DNA from: Candidatus Poribacteria bacterium
Lineage (GTDB): Bacteria; Poribacteria; WGA-4E; WGA-3G
Direction of reading: 5' to 3'
DNA: 64,000 bases
Assembly: GCA_965205025.1 (NCBI GenBank)
Contig: CBDBFU010000015.1
Location: forward strand, 256,001-320,000
Position numbers and translations under genes: made by a program. The notes under the pieces were generated by a model, which did no database searches, was not told the origin of the DNA, and worked only from the letters and a program-made list of their open reading frames with translations. This document shows positions 9,690-20,000 of this stretch, one piece after another (positions within the stretch are counted from its first letter, which is position 1; each line of letters opens with the position of its first letter).

Positions 9690-10846
9690 TACCATTTTCA
9701 GTTAATATTTTCGCTTTTAATATTTTTTGTTTTCTGTTATATTTTATTACAAATTTATAGTTGATAGGATGAATATTAATTATGTTAAAACCCTCACAGA
9801 TTACAGAAAGTGTTTCTGACTTGAAAAAAATGATGAAAAAAACATCAATCAGTTACCAAAAGAAAAGACTGAAAGCCCTATACCTATTTTGTAGTGAGAA
9901 AAGGCTAAATCGTAAGGAAATCGCTGCGAAAATAGGGGTTGATAGGAAAACCGTTGGGCATTGGTTCCAAACATACGCATCGGGTGGACTTGAAGCACTT
10001 TTAGCACGGGATTATTCCCCCGGGCGTCCAGCTCAACTTACCGAAGAACAACAAGAAATCTTGCTTGCTGAACTCAAAAAACCTGATGCTTTTTCCAGTT
10101 ATCAGCAGATAGTAGACTATATTGAAAAAACATTTGATGTCAAAATGAAATATACTGCTGTTCATTCGATGGTTCGGTATAAGTGGAAAGCAAAACCCAA
10201 AGTGCCCCGCAAGAGTCATATAAAAAAAACGAAACAGCCGGTGAAACCTTCAAGTTAGACTTACCAAAAAAAGTCAAGGAAACGATTTCGGAGAACGATC
10301 CTGAGTCTGAAAAAGTTCGTCTGTTTTTTCAAGATGAGTCAAGATTTGGTCTTCATCCTGTTTCATACCGTCGTATTACAGTCCCCGGTGTCAAACCGAT
10401 TGCTAATATCAGGTATACCTATGAAAACCTTTATCTATATGGTGCTGTGGAACCGATAACAGGAGAAAGTTTTTTCCTTGAAATGCCTTATCTGAATAGT
10501 ACCTGTTTCCAAATATTTCTTGATGAGTTTGCTAAGGTTTATCCGGGGACTCTGAATATCCTTGTCCTTGATAATGGGCGTTTTCATCAAGCGAAATCAC
10601 TACAAGTTCCTGAGAATATAGTATTCCTCTTTCTACCGCCTTATAGTCCAGAGTTGAACCCTATTGAAAGATTATGGCAAGACATCAAAGCAAAGTTATT
10701 TCAAAATGTGCTGACTTCATTACAAGAGATGCAGGATAAACTTACTGAGATCATACGAAGTTACACTAAAATCGCTATTGAGAGCATAACAAAGTATGAT
10801 TATATAAATAAGATCGAAAATGTGATATAATTTATTAGAAATGGTA
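9690..10846 (+). mobile_element. IS630 family insertion sequence
   Basis: Ends TACCATTTTC... and ...AGAAATGGTA, TA at the left flank; two overlapping transposase ORFs. Confidence 0.9.
9782..10830 (+). CDS. IS630 transposase, HTH ORF (9782-10258) plus DDE ORF in the -1 frame, joined at an A8 slippery run (10222-10229)
   Basis: HTH 'EIAAKIGVDRKTVGHW...GGLEAL...PGRP'; DDE motifs FQDESRFG, LDNGRFH, LPPYSPELNPIERLW. Confidence 0.9.
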
Positions 10847-10881
10847 TTAGTTGTTAGATGTTTATGTTTTCTTCATTTATT

Positions 10882-11036
10882 CAGGACTTACGCAACTTAA
10901 TCAAAAAAAGGTAAAATTTGACTTAAAAAGCCGTCATTTCAGTGTTTTAACCCCCTAAAGAATCAACGGTATGAATGCCTTAGGGCATTCCCCGCCCCTT
11001 ATCAGGGGGACTTTAAGATGAAATGCGTAAGTCCTG
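10882..11036. mobile_element. MITE with CAGGACTTACGCA terminal inverted repeats and TTATT target duplication
   Basis: Perfect 13-bp TIR (10882-10894 and 11024-11036); TTATT on both flanks; internal CCCCTTATCAGGGGG palindrome. Confidence 0.8.
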
Positions 11037-11220
11037 TTATTTTAATTTCTTCAATGTATATTTTATGGGAAAGTCAGCAAGGGATATTTAAGTGCAGTGA
11101 TGTAGTTAAAAATTTCTTTTAATCGGTAAATTCTGATTGGATGTCACGCCATTTATCTCTTGATATTTAGCGCGTTGTTTTTCTTCTAATTTCTCTTTTT
11201 ACGTTTTGTCTTTCCACTAA

Positions 11221-11331
11221 TACCATTTCTACAGATGTTTATTCCATGAATAGTTGTTAAGCATTTTTGAAATAACGCACAAACTGGAAGTTTATGCAAT
11301 ATTAAAGAGACTTTAATTATCAGAAATGGTA
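11221..11331. mobile_element. IS630-type MITE, copy B
   Basis: TACCATTTCT...AGAAATGGTA; internal similarity to copies A and C. Confidence 0.8.
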
Positions 11332-11344
11332 TTCGTTATAATGA

Positions 11345-12298
11345 TTAGGAAGTTGGATCTGATTTTGGTTTTAAGACAAATAGGTAGATGAAGAGTAATA
11401 CACCTGTGATTGCACCAAAAGCAATTTTGAATCCGTTAGGTAAATTAGACGGGGATATAAAACCTTCAATTATACCTGAAAGAACAAGTAAAATCACACA
11501 TCCTCCAAGCATTTGAATTGCTGTTTTTGCTGCATTGATTAGTGTGCGTTTTCGTGTGAGAACAGTTGGGGAAATGAGAGCATATCCCAATCTCATACCA
11601 GCACCACCCGCTATAAAGATCATAGTCAGTTCAATATATCCGTGGGGAGATGCAAAAGACCATAATGCTAATGATACCCCATGCACATGACATAAACCCC
11701 CAATTGTTCCGAGGAATATGCCATTATAGATGAGAATATATACAGAGCCTACCATGAATATTATTCCCCAAGCGAACGCCAGAAAAGCCACTTTAATATT
11801 ATTGGTCATGACTTGAGATGCCAATAGATTTCTATCTTCTGCTTCAGTGTTATTCCAATCTTTTGCCCCTAATTCTTTTATGTGTGACACGATTTGTTCA
11901 GGAATCAAATCCTCAGTTAATTCTGGCATTTTCAATGCACTCCAATATGCCCCAGCAAAAGCTAATCCAAACAGAAGAAAAGCAATAGCAACAAATACAA
12001 TGTTATCTCTTATAACCTTAGGGAAACCTTCTCGGAGAAAATGCCAAAGTGATCCGCGCTTGAATGGTGAGGATTGATATACTTTGGAATGAGCGCGGGA
12101 TGCTAATTCATTGAGATAGGTTACACACCTGTCTTGTGGAAAGTCCCGTCGTGCTACGGCTAAATCTGATGTGATACGTCGGTATAAATATCCGAGTCTA
12201 TTCAGATCTTTTGCAGCAACTTTCTGATTGTTTTGGAGTAGACTCTCTAATTCGTTCCAAATCGGTTGTTTCTTTTCGACAAAATCTGTTACAGTCAT
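11345..12298 (-). CDS. SpoIIM/DUF95 family membrane protein
   Basis: W-ELE-LL, YRR-TSDLA-ARRDFP, NNIKVAFLAF, PHG-IEL, SGIIEGFISP. Confidence 0.9.
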   Translation of the reverse strand: MTVTDFVEKKQPIWNELESLLQNNQKVAAKDLNRLGYLYRRITSDLAVARRDFPQDRCVTYLNELASRAHSKVYQSSPFKRGSLWHFLREGFPKVIRDNIVFVAIAFLLFGLAFAGAYWSALKMPELTEDLIPEQIVSHIKELGAKDWNNTEAEDRNLLASQVMTNNIKVAFLAFAWGIIFMVGSVYILIYNGIFLGTIGGLCHVHGVSLALWSFASPHGYIELTMIFIAGGAGMRLGYALISPTVLTRKRTLINAAKTAIQMLGGCVILLVLSGIIEGFISPSNLPNGFKIAFGAITGVLLFIYLFVLKPKSDPTS

Positions 12299-12569
12299 CT
12301 GTGTTTCCTATTTTAGACTGACTAAGTGTAAGTTCTATTGTTGGTATATTATACCATTTCTTTATCTTTGGTGTTATTAGTAAATGGTAGTTTAATCATG
12401 AGTTTGTTTGAATCACGGATTACACGGATATGAAGGTATCGTATGAAGAATTTGGCAAATCCTCGTATGGAATTTCGTGGATCTAAAAGATAATATGTAT
12501 GAATCAAGTATAGGATATGGTATTATATTCAGTAGGTCAGTGTATATGAAAGGAGTAGTCACATTTTAG

Positions 12570-13388
12570 ATGAAAAAACCTAATAATTGGGCAGAATCCT
12601 ATATTAATGATGGATATCTATTGATTCCAGATTTGATTACATCTGATGAATGTGAAGAGTTAAAAGCAGAAATGTTGAAGATATTCCGTGGTGATTATGG
12701 ATGTGAAGCGATTCCATCAATGCCTGCAGACGCTACAGAAACTGAGATATTGAATCGTATCATGTGTGTGGGTGAACCGCATACATACAGTCCGATCATA
12801 AGTCGGTATGTCGAACATCCCAAAATTTGTGATGTCCTTAAGGAAATAGTTGGTGCACATATCCCTTTCTGGGATGGTGGTGTAAAATGTATGCAGTCTA
12901 TGATGTTGGGGAAAGTTCCCGGTCATACTGGTAATCCTTGGCATCAGGATGAACATCCAATACCAACTCGTGACCGATCATTGGTAGGTGCTTGGATTAC
13001 ACTGGATGAGGCGACTGTTGATAATGGGTGTTTGTGGGTTTTACCGAATAGTCATCGTTCAGGTATAATTTATGATAGACATCCTCACAATAAGCGTGAT
13101 GAATTTGACAGTTGTCATGAAGCGATGGGATTCGATGATTCTTCCGAAATACCGATTGAAATGACTGCAGGAAGTGTACTCTTCTTTAATGGTTACCTCT
13201 TACACCGTTCTAAGAAGAATCGGAGTGAATCTTATCGTCGTGTTCTTGTGAGTCATTATTGTTCTACTGCTTCGTGGCTTGGTTGGAAGGGACAGCGGAA
13301 TTATCGTGGTGTTATAGTGGTTTCTGGGGATGATCCATATTCTGATGAGGGATATACGACGCCAAATGCATGGGCGCGGTGGGAGTGA
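12570..13388 (+). CDS. Phytanoyl-CoA dioxygenase (PhyH) family protein with canonical HxD
   Basis: PWHQD, WITLDEATVDNGCLWVLPNSH, GSVLFFNGYLLHRS..N.S..YRR. Confidence 0.9.
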   Translation: MKKPNNWAESYINDGYLLIPDLITSDECEELKAEMLKIFRGDYGCEAIPSMPADATETEILNRIMCVGEPHTYSPIISRYVEHPKICDVLKEIVGAHIPFWDGGVKCMQSMMLGKVPGHTGNPWHQDEHPIPTRDRSLVGAWITLDEATVDNGCLWVLPNSHRSGIIYDRHPHNKRDEFDSCHEAMGFDDSSEIPIEMTAGSVLFFNGYLLHRSKKNRSESYRRVLVSHYCSTASWLGWKGQRNYRGVIVVSGDDPYSDEGYTTPNAWARWE

Positions 13389-13435
13389 ATATGATCATAG
13401 GTTTAATTAGGTCCTTGAATTTTCATTAGATTGCG

Positions 13436-14233
13436 TTGGTTATGTTTGAACAATTATCAGTTGAAACCCCTGAACAGATCTCTATAAATTATCAGAAAGC
13501 CGGTATAGGTTCCCGTTTTTATGCTGCTTTACTTGATACAATAATCTTGGTTCTGATACTCTTTTTTGGGTTTTATGTGAATCAAGGAATGATTGAATAC
13601 CTCTCCCAAATATTTGGCAATTGGTTGGGGGCAATTGGAGGTATTATTGTATTTGCTATGTTCTGGGGATATTACATGATCTTTGAGATGGTTACAAATG
13701 GTCAATCCCCTGGGAAGTATGCATTGGGTTTACGTGTCATCAAAGATGGGGGTTATCCAATTAATTTTTCAGATTCAGCTATTCGTAACTTAGTGCGACT
13801 TGCGGATTTCTTACCCTCATTTTACGGTGTAGGGTTGATAGTCATGTTGTTTAGTCCGAATTGGCAAAGGTTAGGGGATTTGGCAGCAGGCACTCTGGTA
13901 GTGAAAACACCGCGTAATCAACCATTATCATCTGATAATTCTCTGACTCCTAATGTTCCAACGTATGATGTCCCAATAAAGGAATTTCAATATAAAGATT
14001 GGATACAATTAGATATTGTCACTGATTCTGATTTTAGAAGAATTGGGGAATATCTATCACGTCGTTCCTCGTTATTAATTCCCCGTCGTAATGAACTTGC
14101 GCGTGCGATTGGAGCACCGCTTGTAAATAAGATGGGAGGGTATGAGAATGTTCGTTATGATATTTTCTTGAGGGAGTTATATAAACTGAAAACTATAGAA
14201 GCAATCCAGAAAGAAGTAGAAGATAGTTCATAG
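13436..14233 (+). CDS. RDD family membrane protein
   Basis: ETPEQ, AGIGSRFYAALLD, GQSPGK..LGLRV, IRNLVRLAD, QRLGDLAAGTLVV. Confidence 0.9.
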   Translation: MVMFEQLSVETPEQISINYQKAGIGSRFYAALLDTIILVLILFFGFYVNQGMIEYLSQIFGNWLGAIGGIIVFAMFWGYYMIFEMVTNGQSPGKYALGLRVIKDGGYPINFSDSAIRNLVRLADFLPSFYGVGLIVMLFSPNWQRLGDLAAGTLVVKTPRNQPLSSDNSLTPNVPTYDVPIKEFQYKDWIQLDIVTDSDFRRIGEYLSRRSSLLIPRRNELARAIGAPLVNKMGGYENVRYDIFLRELYKLKTIEAIQKEVEDSS

Positions 14234-14327
14234 ATAGATGGATTAAAGGGAATTTGTAAATAGTTAGATCAATAAAGAATGAGAATGTGCTGATCCAGTA
14301 GGATTTTCTATGGGTAAGAAATCTTAC

Positions 14328-15464
14328 TCAGTTGGCTATGAATTGTAGTGCATCCCTAATTTCAGAGATAACCTCAGGATCATTTTCGTACTTTAATTGA
14401 TTCTCTAATGCTATTGTAGCGTTTTTCCCTCCAATTTGTCCTAATGCCCATGCAGCATGTCCGCGTATCATCGGTTCATCATTCATTAATGCTTTTTTCA
14501 ATGCGGGGACAGCAGTGGGTGAACCCCAGTTGCCAACAGCTACGATTACATTTCGTAGGAACCCCTTCCACTTTGTGCGTTTGATTGGACTTCCTTTGTA
14601 TTTATTATTAAAATCAGATTGTGTTATCTCCATTAGTGGTAGTAATTCTGGTGTAAGATTATCTTTTCGGGGATGGAATGCTGGTTCTGATGTTGGGACA
14701 GCCTTACTATTCCATGGACAGACTTCCTGACAGATATCACATCCAAATATTAGGTTTCCTATTTGTGGACGTAGTTCCATTGGTATACTGTCTTTCAATT
14801 CTATAGTTAGATAGGAGATACACAATCGAGAGTCAAGTATATTCGGTTCAAGAATAGCATCTGTAGGACATTCCTCAATACATTTTGTACAGGTACCACA
14901 ACTACCCCGAATAGGTTGGTTATCGTATTCTAATTCGAGACTGATTAGTATTTCAGCAAGAAAATACCAAGAACCCGTTTGCCAATTTATCAGGTTTGTA
15001 TTCTTACCAATCCATCCGAGTCCCGATTTCTCTGCATATTCTCTTTCAAGTATAGGTCCTGAATCTACAAAAACGCGACTTTTCAATTCTGATTCAGTCA
15101 TAGTTTTAATGTAATCAACAAGTTGTTGAAGTCTATCCCGTATGACGTCATGGTAATCCTCACCCCATGCATAACGTGAGATCTGTCCGCGGCTGGGATC
15201 CTCAGATAAATCTTTGGGAGGGTCAACTGTGTAATAGTTCATGCCGAGACTTATCACCGACTTTGTCTCTTTAAGAAGTGTTCTGGGATCTTCTTTGAGT
15301 GGTAAGTGTCTTTCAAGATATCCCATTTTACCTGCATACCCGTTTTCAATCCATTTTCTATACAGTTCTATTGTTTCACTCTCTTTGACAGGTGAAATGC
15401 CAACGAGTTCAAATCCGAGTTCTTTTGAACGGGTATGTATTTTCTGCGTTAATGTGCTCTTCAT
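14328..15464 (-). CDS. queG: tRNA epoxyqueuosine reductase
   Basis: SRYAWGEDYH, DSGPILER, GLGWIGKN, CGTCTKCIEECPT, CISYLTIE, GCDICQEVCPWN; C-terminal HEAT repeats. Confidence 0.95.
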   Translation of the reverse strand: MKSTLTQKIHTRSKELGFELVGISPVKESETIELYRKWIENGYAGKMGYLERHLPLKEDPRTLLKETKSVISLGMNYYTVDPPKDLSEDPSRGQISRYAWGEDYHDVIRDRLQQLVDYIKTMTESELKSRVFVDSGPILEREYAEKSGLGWIGKNTNLINWQTGSWYFLAEILISLELEYDNQPIRGSCGTCTKCIEECPTDAILEPNILDSRLCISYLTIELKDSIPMELRPQIGNLIFGCDICQEVCPWNSKAVPTSEPAFHPRKDNLTPELLPLMEITQSDFNNKYKGSPIKRTKWKGFLRNVIVAVGNWGSPTAVPALKKALMNDEPMIRGHAAWALGQIGGKNATIALENQLKYENDPEVISEIRDALQFIAN

Positions 15465-15614
15465 ACTTCAATATAGACAATGGGGTGTACAATGTGTATA
15501 AGCGAAATTTAAGAATTTTGTAGAAATATACGCTTTGATTCCATATAGATAATTAGAAGTCTATTTGAATGGTGTAAAATTGTTAGGAATGAGGAGTGTT
15601 ATGATTGGAGAAAA

Positions 15615-16679
15615 TTATTTAGTGCCACGTGGATAAGAACCGAGTATTTTTACATCATGGCATAGTTCCCAAAGTTGATCAAGGGCATCGCGTACATGCT
15701 TATCGTCAGTATGTCCATCTATATCAGCGAAAAATATGTAATCCCAAGGCTTTGAACGTGATGGTAGTGATTCAATATAACTAAGATTTAGTTGATGTGT
15801 TTCTAATACACCTAATATCTGATATAGTGCCCCGACTTTGTCTTTAATAGCAAAGAAAATAGAAGTGCAGTCATGACCACTCTTACCAACTATTTGAGAA
15901 CCAATGATAAGGAACCGTGTTGTATTATTTGAGTCATCCATGATTGAATCTGCTATTATAGGCACATCATACATCTCACTTGCCAGTTGACTTGCGATAG
16001 CAGCAGTGTTTGGTTCATCGGCAGCACGTTTTGCTGCATCTGATGTGCTAACGACTTCAATTTGTTCTACTGACTTCAGATTTCTGTTTAACCACATTCT
16101 ACATTGTGAGAATGGATGTCTGTGCGAGTATATTCGTTGTATCTCATTTAGTGGTACCTTAGAGATGAGATGATGTCTAATAGATAGGTATATTTCAGCA
16201 CAGATATTTAATTGTGTATGTAAGAAACGTTCTAATACATCACGAACAGTTCCATAAACAGAGTTTTCGATTGCCACGACACCAAAGTCTGCGCGTCCTG
16301 TTTCAACTTCGGTAAAGATATCAATTTGTGGCGTGATAGGAATCATTTCAACATTTGGACCAAAAAAAGCTAAACATGCAGTGTGTCCAAAACTTCCTTC
16401 TGGACCAAGGAATGCCACTCGATTTTTAGTTTGTGTTGTCCGTGAAGTATAGAAAATCTCGTTCCATATCTTGTCAATGGCAGTGTGAGGATATATACCC
16501 TGATTCCTTTTTTTCAGACGATTCAGAATTTCATTTTCCCGATGTGGCACATAGATTTCTTCCCCCGAATCAGCCTTTAGATTGCCCACCCTTTTTGATA
16601 TATCCAGACGTTGATGTAGCAGATCTAAGATCTCGTTATCTATGTTATTGATTTGGTCGCGTAAGTCTTTTAATGCCAA
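15615..16679 (-). CDS. pheA: Chorismate mutase / prephenate dehydratase
   Basis: N-terminal CM domain LRDQINNID; FLGPEGSF, ENSVYG, NTTRF, IESLPSR, LGSYP. Confidence 0.95.
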   Translation of the reverse strand: MALKDLRDQINNIDNEILDLLHQRLDISKRVGNLKADSGEEIYVPHRENEILNRLKKRNQGIYPHTAIDKIWNEIFYTSRTTQTKNRVAFLGPEGSFGHTACLAFFGPNVEMIPITPQIDIFTEVETGRADFGVVAIENSVYGTVRDVLERFLHTQLNICAEIYLSIRHHLISKVPLNEIQRIYSHRHPFSQCRMWLNRNLKSVEQIEVVSTSDAAKRAADEPNTAAIASQLASEMYDVPIIADSIMDDSNNTTRFLIIGSQIVGKSGHDCTSIFFAIKDKVGALYQILGVLETHQLNLSYIESLPSRSKPWDYIFFADIDGHTDDKHVRDALDQLWELCHDVKILGSYPRGTK

Positions 16680-16730
16680 GGAAATGGTCTCCTAACCAAC
16701 CCTTATTAATAAAATATAGTTGATTATGAG

Positions 16731-16762
16731 TAATCTCTGTTAGGTAAAACCAACAGAGATTA
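16731..16762 (-). terminator. Hairpin downstream of the putative selenoprotein gene
   Basis: TAATCTCTGTT...AACAGAGATTA 11-bp stem; weak U-tract. Confidence 0.5.
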
Positions 16763-16782
16763 CACTATTAATAGTTGAATGA

Positions 16783-17028
16783 TTACTCACTCAATTTCTT
16801 CATGGCAGCAATCATTTCATCGTCTGAGGGATTGTTTTTCACCATATCAACAAATTCCTCAGCAGTAATGTTGTGTTCCTCCAGGAACATTTTGTCCTGC
16901 GGTCAGGGGTATATATATTCCCCAATAATACCTTGTAATTTAGCATTGGCTTTATCTGATATTCTTGCTAACCAAGGAATACCTCCGATGATCATATCTC
17001 TATGGCGTGGTTTCCAATCAAGAGACAT
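16783..17028 (-). CDS. DUF5069-like small protein with in-frame UGA at codon 42 (candidate selenoprotein, 81 aa)
   Basis: SD AAAGGAGGTG upstream; MSLDWKPRHRDMIIGGIPWLARISDKANAKLQGIIGEYIYP-U-PQDKMFLEEHNITAEEFVDMVKNNPSDDEMIAAMKKLSE*; TGA at 16903-16905; family-like sequence continues on both sides of the UGA. Confidence 0.8.
16874..16889 (-). promoter_or_regulatory. Putative bacterial SECIS hairpin
   Basis: UGUUCC-UGGA-GGAACA at +14 to +29 after the UGA; G at the second position of a 4-nt apical loop starting 20 nt from the UGA. Confidence 0.65.
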
Positions 17029-17062
17029 ATTCTTCACCTCCTTTATTGATTTATCGTAATAT

Positions 17063-20000
17063 TCAATTATTATTGGCTTTTTCTTGAAGTTGTTTTAAGA
17101 TAATTTCTAACTTCCCGAGTAATCGACCATACTCAGTCCAGTTTCCATTTCGTAATGCATTTTGCGCGCTATTGTAGTTGTCATTCGCTTGTTGAATGAG
17201 CGTACTTATAGAGACGTCTTCATTTGAAAGGTTAGAGCTTTCAACGGTTTCGTCAGTTGAACTAACCAACGTAGTCTCTTGTATTTCTGTTCCATCTGCG
17301 AACATCTTAATGAGAGCTTCGTTTAGAGTTTCTCCCCAGACGACCTTGTTCTCATATCCAATAACAACCCGTCGTAACTCAGGTATGGCAGTTTCTTCAT
17401 CTTCAGACTGGATATAAATAGGTTCAACATAGAGTAGTGAATTGTTCATCGGAAGTATCAGTAGATTACCGCGTAAAACTCGTGATCCTTCTGTATTCCA
17501 CAGACTTATCTGTTGTGAAATCTCAGGTTCTTGACTAATGAAGTTTTCAACCTGCATTGGACCGGCAACTTGTTTGCCTTTTGGGAAACGGTATACTAAT
17601 AATTGTCCATATTGTGGTAAATCACAACGTGCAGCCAGCCATGCTGTAAGATTGGGTTTATTTAACGGAGTATAGGGTAACATCAGCATAAACTCAGCTC
17701 TATCCTGACCGGGTAACTTTATTACCACATAATACGGTTCAACTGGTTGTCCATTTGATGGTGCTTTTCTAACAGGTTGTTGCTGTTGAGCAAAGGGTGA
17801 TCTCTGTTGTTGAGGTGCAACTTGTTGTACTTGTGCATCTGTATTATCATAGAGTTCCCATCCAATTTCCCATCTATCTTCACCTGCATAAAAGGTATCA
17901 GGATTCTTCATGTGATAATCTTGATATACCCTGGATTGGATAAGAAACATAGATGTGGGATAACGAATATGATTCTTAAGTTCTTCTGGCATTTCGGCAA
18001 AGGGTTTGAATAGATCTGGAAATATCTTTCTGTAACACTCAGCAATAGGGTCTTTCTCTCTTTCCATTATATAGAAATTTACAGTACCATCATAAGCATC
18101 AACAAGAACTTTAACAGAATTCCTTATGTAATTCCCCCATGGTTCACCATCCTGTTGTGTGCCTGTAACTTGTCGTCTTCTATCTCTAAGAAATTCATTC
18201 ATAGAGACAGAATATGGGTATCTATGTGTGATAGTATAAGCATCTATCATCCATACGATTCTTCCATTGTGTAGGACTATATAAGGGTCTCCATCGTATC
18301 TTAAGAAAGGAGCGATTTTCTGAATCCGTCTTTTTATATTTCGGTCATATAGGATACGACTTGTAGATGAAATTTCCCCTGGCAATACAAACTTTATCTC
18401 TTTATCAAACTTCAACATATACACCAGTTTTCGCCAGAATGAGTTCAGTTCAACACCGCCATCACCTTGATATGCATATTCAGCATATTGTTGACCTTCA
18501 ATAGGATAATCAAATTCTAATGGTTGAGTTCTGTCAGGATGAATAATCACATAACGGTCGGTTCTTTCACCATAGTAGATACGCGGTCCTGGAGAATCAT
18601 TGAATCTATACGGCCATTGTTCATTGTATTGAATAGGTGGCAATTCTTGAATGTACATGTTTGGTTTGCCTTCTATGATTTCATTTACAGGACTTACAAC
18701 AGCCCCATACCCGTGAGTGTAAGTATAGGTTTGTTTGTACCAGTCATTTCTGATTTCTACTGGTAAATCGTTAATGTTTAACTCACGTGCTGATAGCATT
18801 ACCTGTCTGACTTCATTGTTAATTATATACCTATCAATATCAACATCAAAGAAATCGTATTGTGAACGCAATTCCTGTAACTGCCTAAATGTCCTACGTA
18901 AAGGACGCCAATCCCATAATCGTATGCTATTGAATACTGGAGCGTTTTCTTCACTTGTAATATCTTCGTAGTTAAGGACTTCTGTCAGAGGATATTCTTC
19001 TTCTACAACCTTATTCTCTGATAGGCCGTATGCCTCTAAGGTTGATTTTATGTTGTAATTAATGTAATCTGCTTCTAATACTTGCTTGAGTGGATCGACC
19101 CTTAAAACTTGTACCATCTGCGGATAGAATTGCCCTAATATACCGGCAATAATAAACACAATTAGACTTCCAAAAGCAAATTTATTGCTTCGTAAGAAGA
19201 TACTAACGATAAAAATCACAGCACATATTGCTGTGAGAGCAATCATGATATAGAGAATTGGAAGTCGCGCCTTGATTGCAGCATAGCCACCACCACCACG
19301 GACGATTTCGTTTGATGTATATAATAAATCATACATTACAAAACGGTAGTTCCAAGCACGGAATAGAAGTGTTAACCCAACGAGTGTAAAAATGTGTGCT
19401 TTGACTTTGAAAGGGGGTCGAAAGCGGAGTTGATTCGTATCTCCCGTAATTAATCCGTGGAAAAAGTAGATGATTATTGAGAAAACAGTAACAAGGAAGA
19501 AGATACCAAACAGAGTACCACAGATATAACGCCACATAGGCATTTCAAACACATAATAGGAGACATCTTTTTTGAAGATCGGGTCGCGTGCAAGAGAGGT
19601 AAAATATGCTCTCTGACCGTCATTAACTTGGATGGATGTGTTTAACTTTAAACCGATTGGCAGGTTAATTGTCTTATTATTTTGCGTTATAGGTTCAGTG
19701 ATTACCTGATTAACTGTCGCACTAACCGGTTCATTTTGGTCAACATACACCTTTATTTCATCACCAATTTGGATTTTTTTGGCTTGTAATTCTAATGTTG
19801 AAACCGAAATTGTATCTGAATCAATTCCATCATTTACAGTAATAGGTGTTGCTGACTGAAAATCCAATTCTCCTGCATGTGTATACCGTAGATATATTTC
19901 CCACCGATCCGTTGCTGAATACCCCATTAAGATACTGAATAGGACAGCCATAATGGTGAGTCCGCCATAAATCATTTTCCGTGTGTTTGTTTCTCCACCT

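Noticed and set aside
16775-17059. 94-aa plus-strand ORF in the track
   Set aside because: Antisense shadow of the minus-strand UGA-containing gene, which has the RBS and the family motifs
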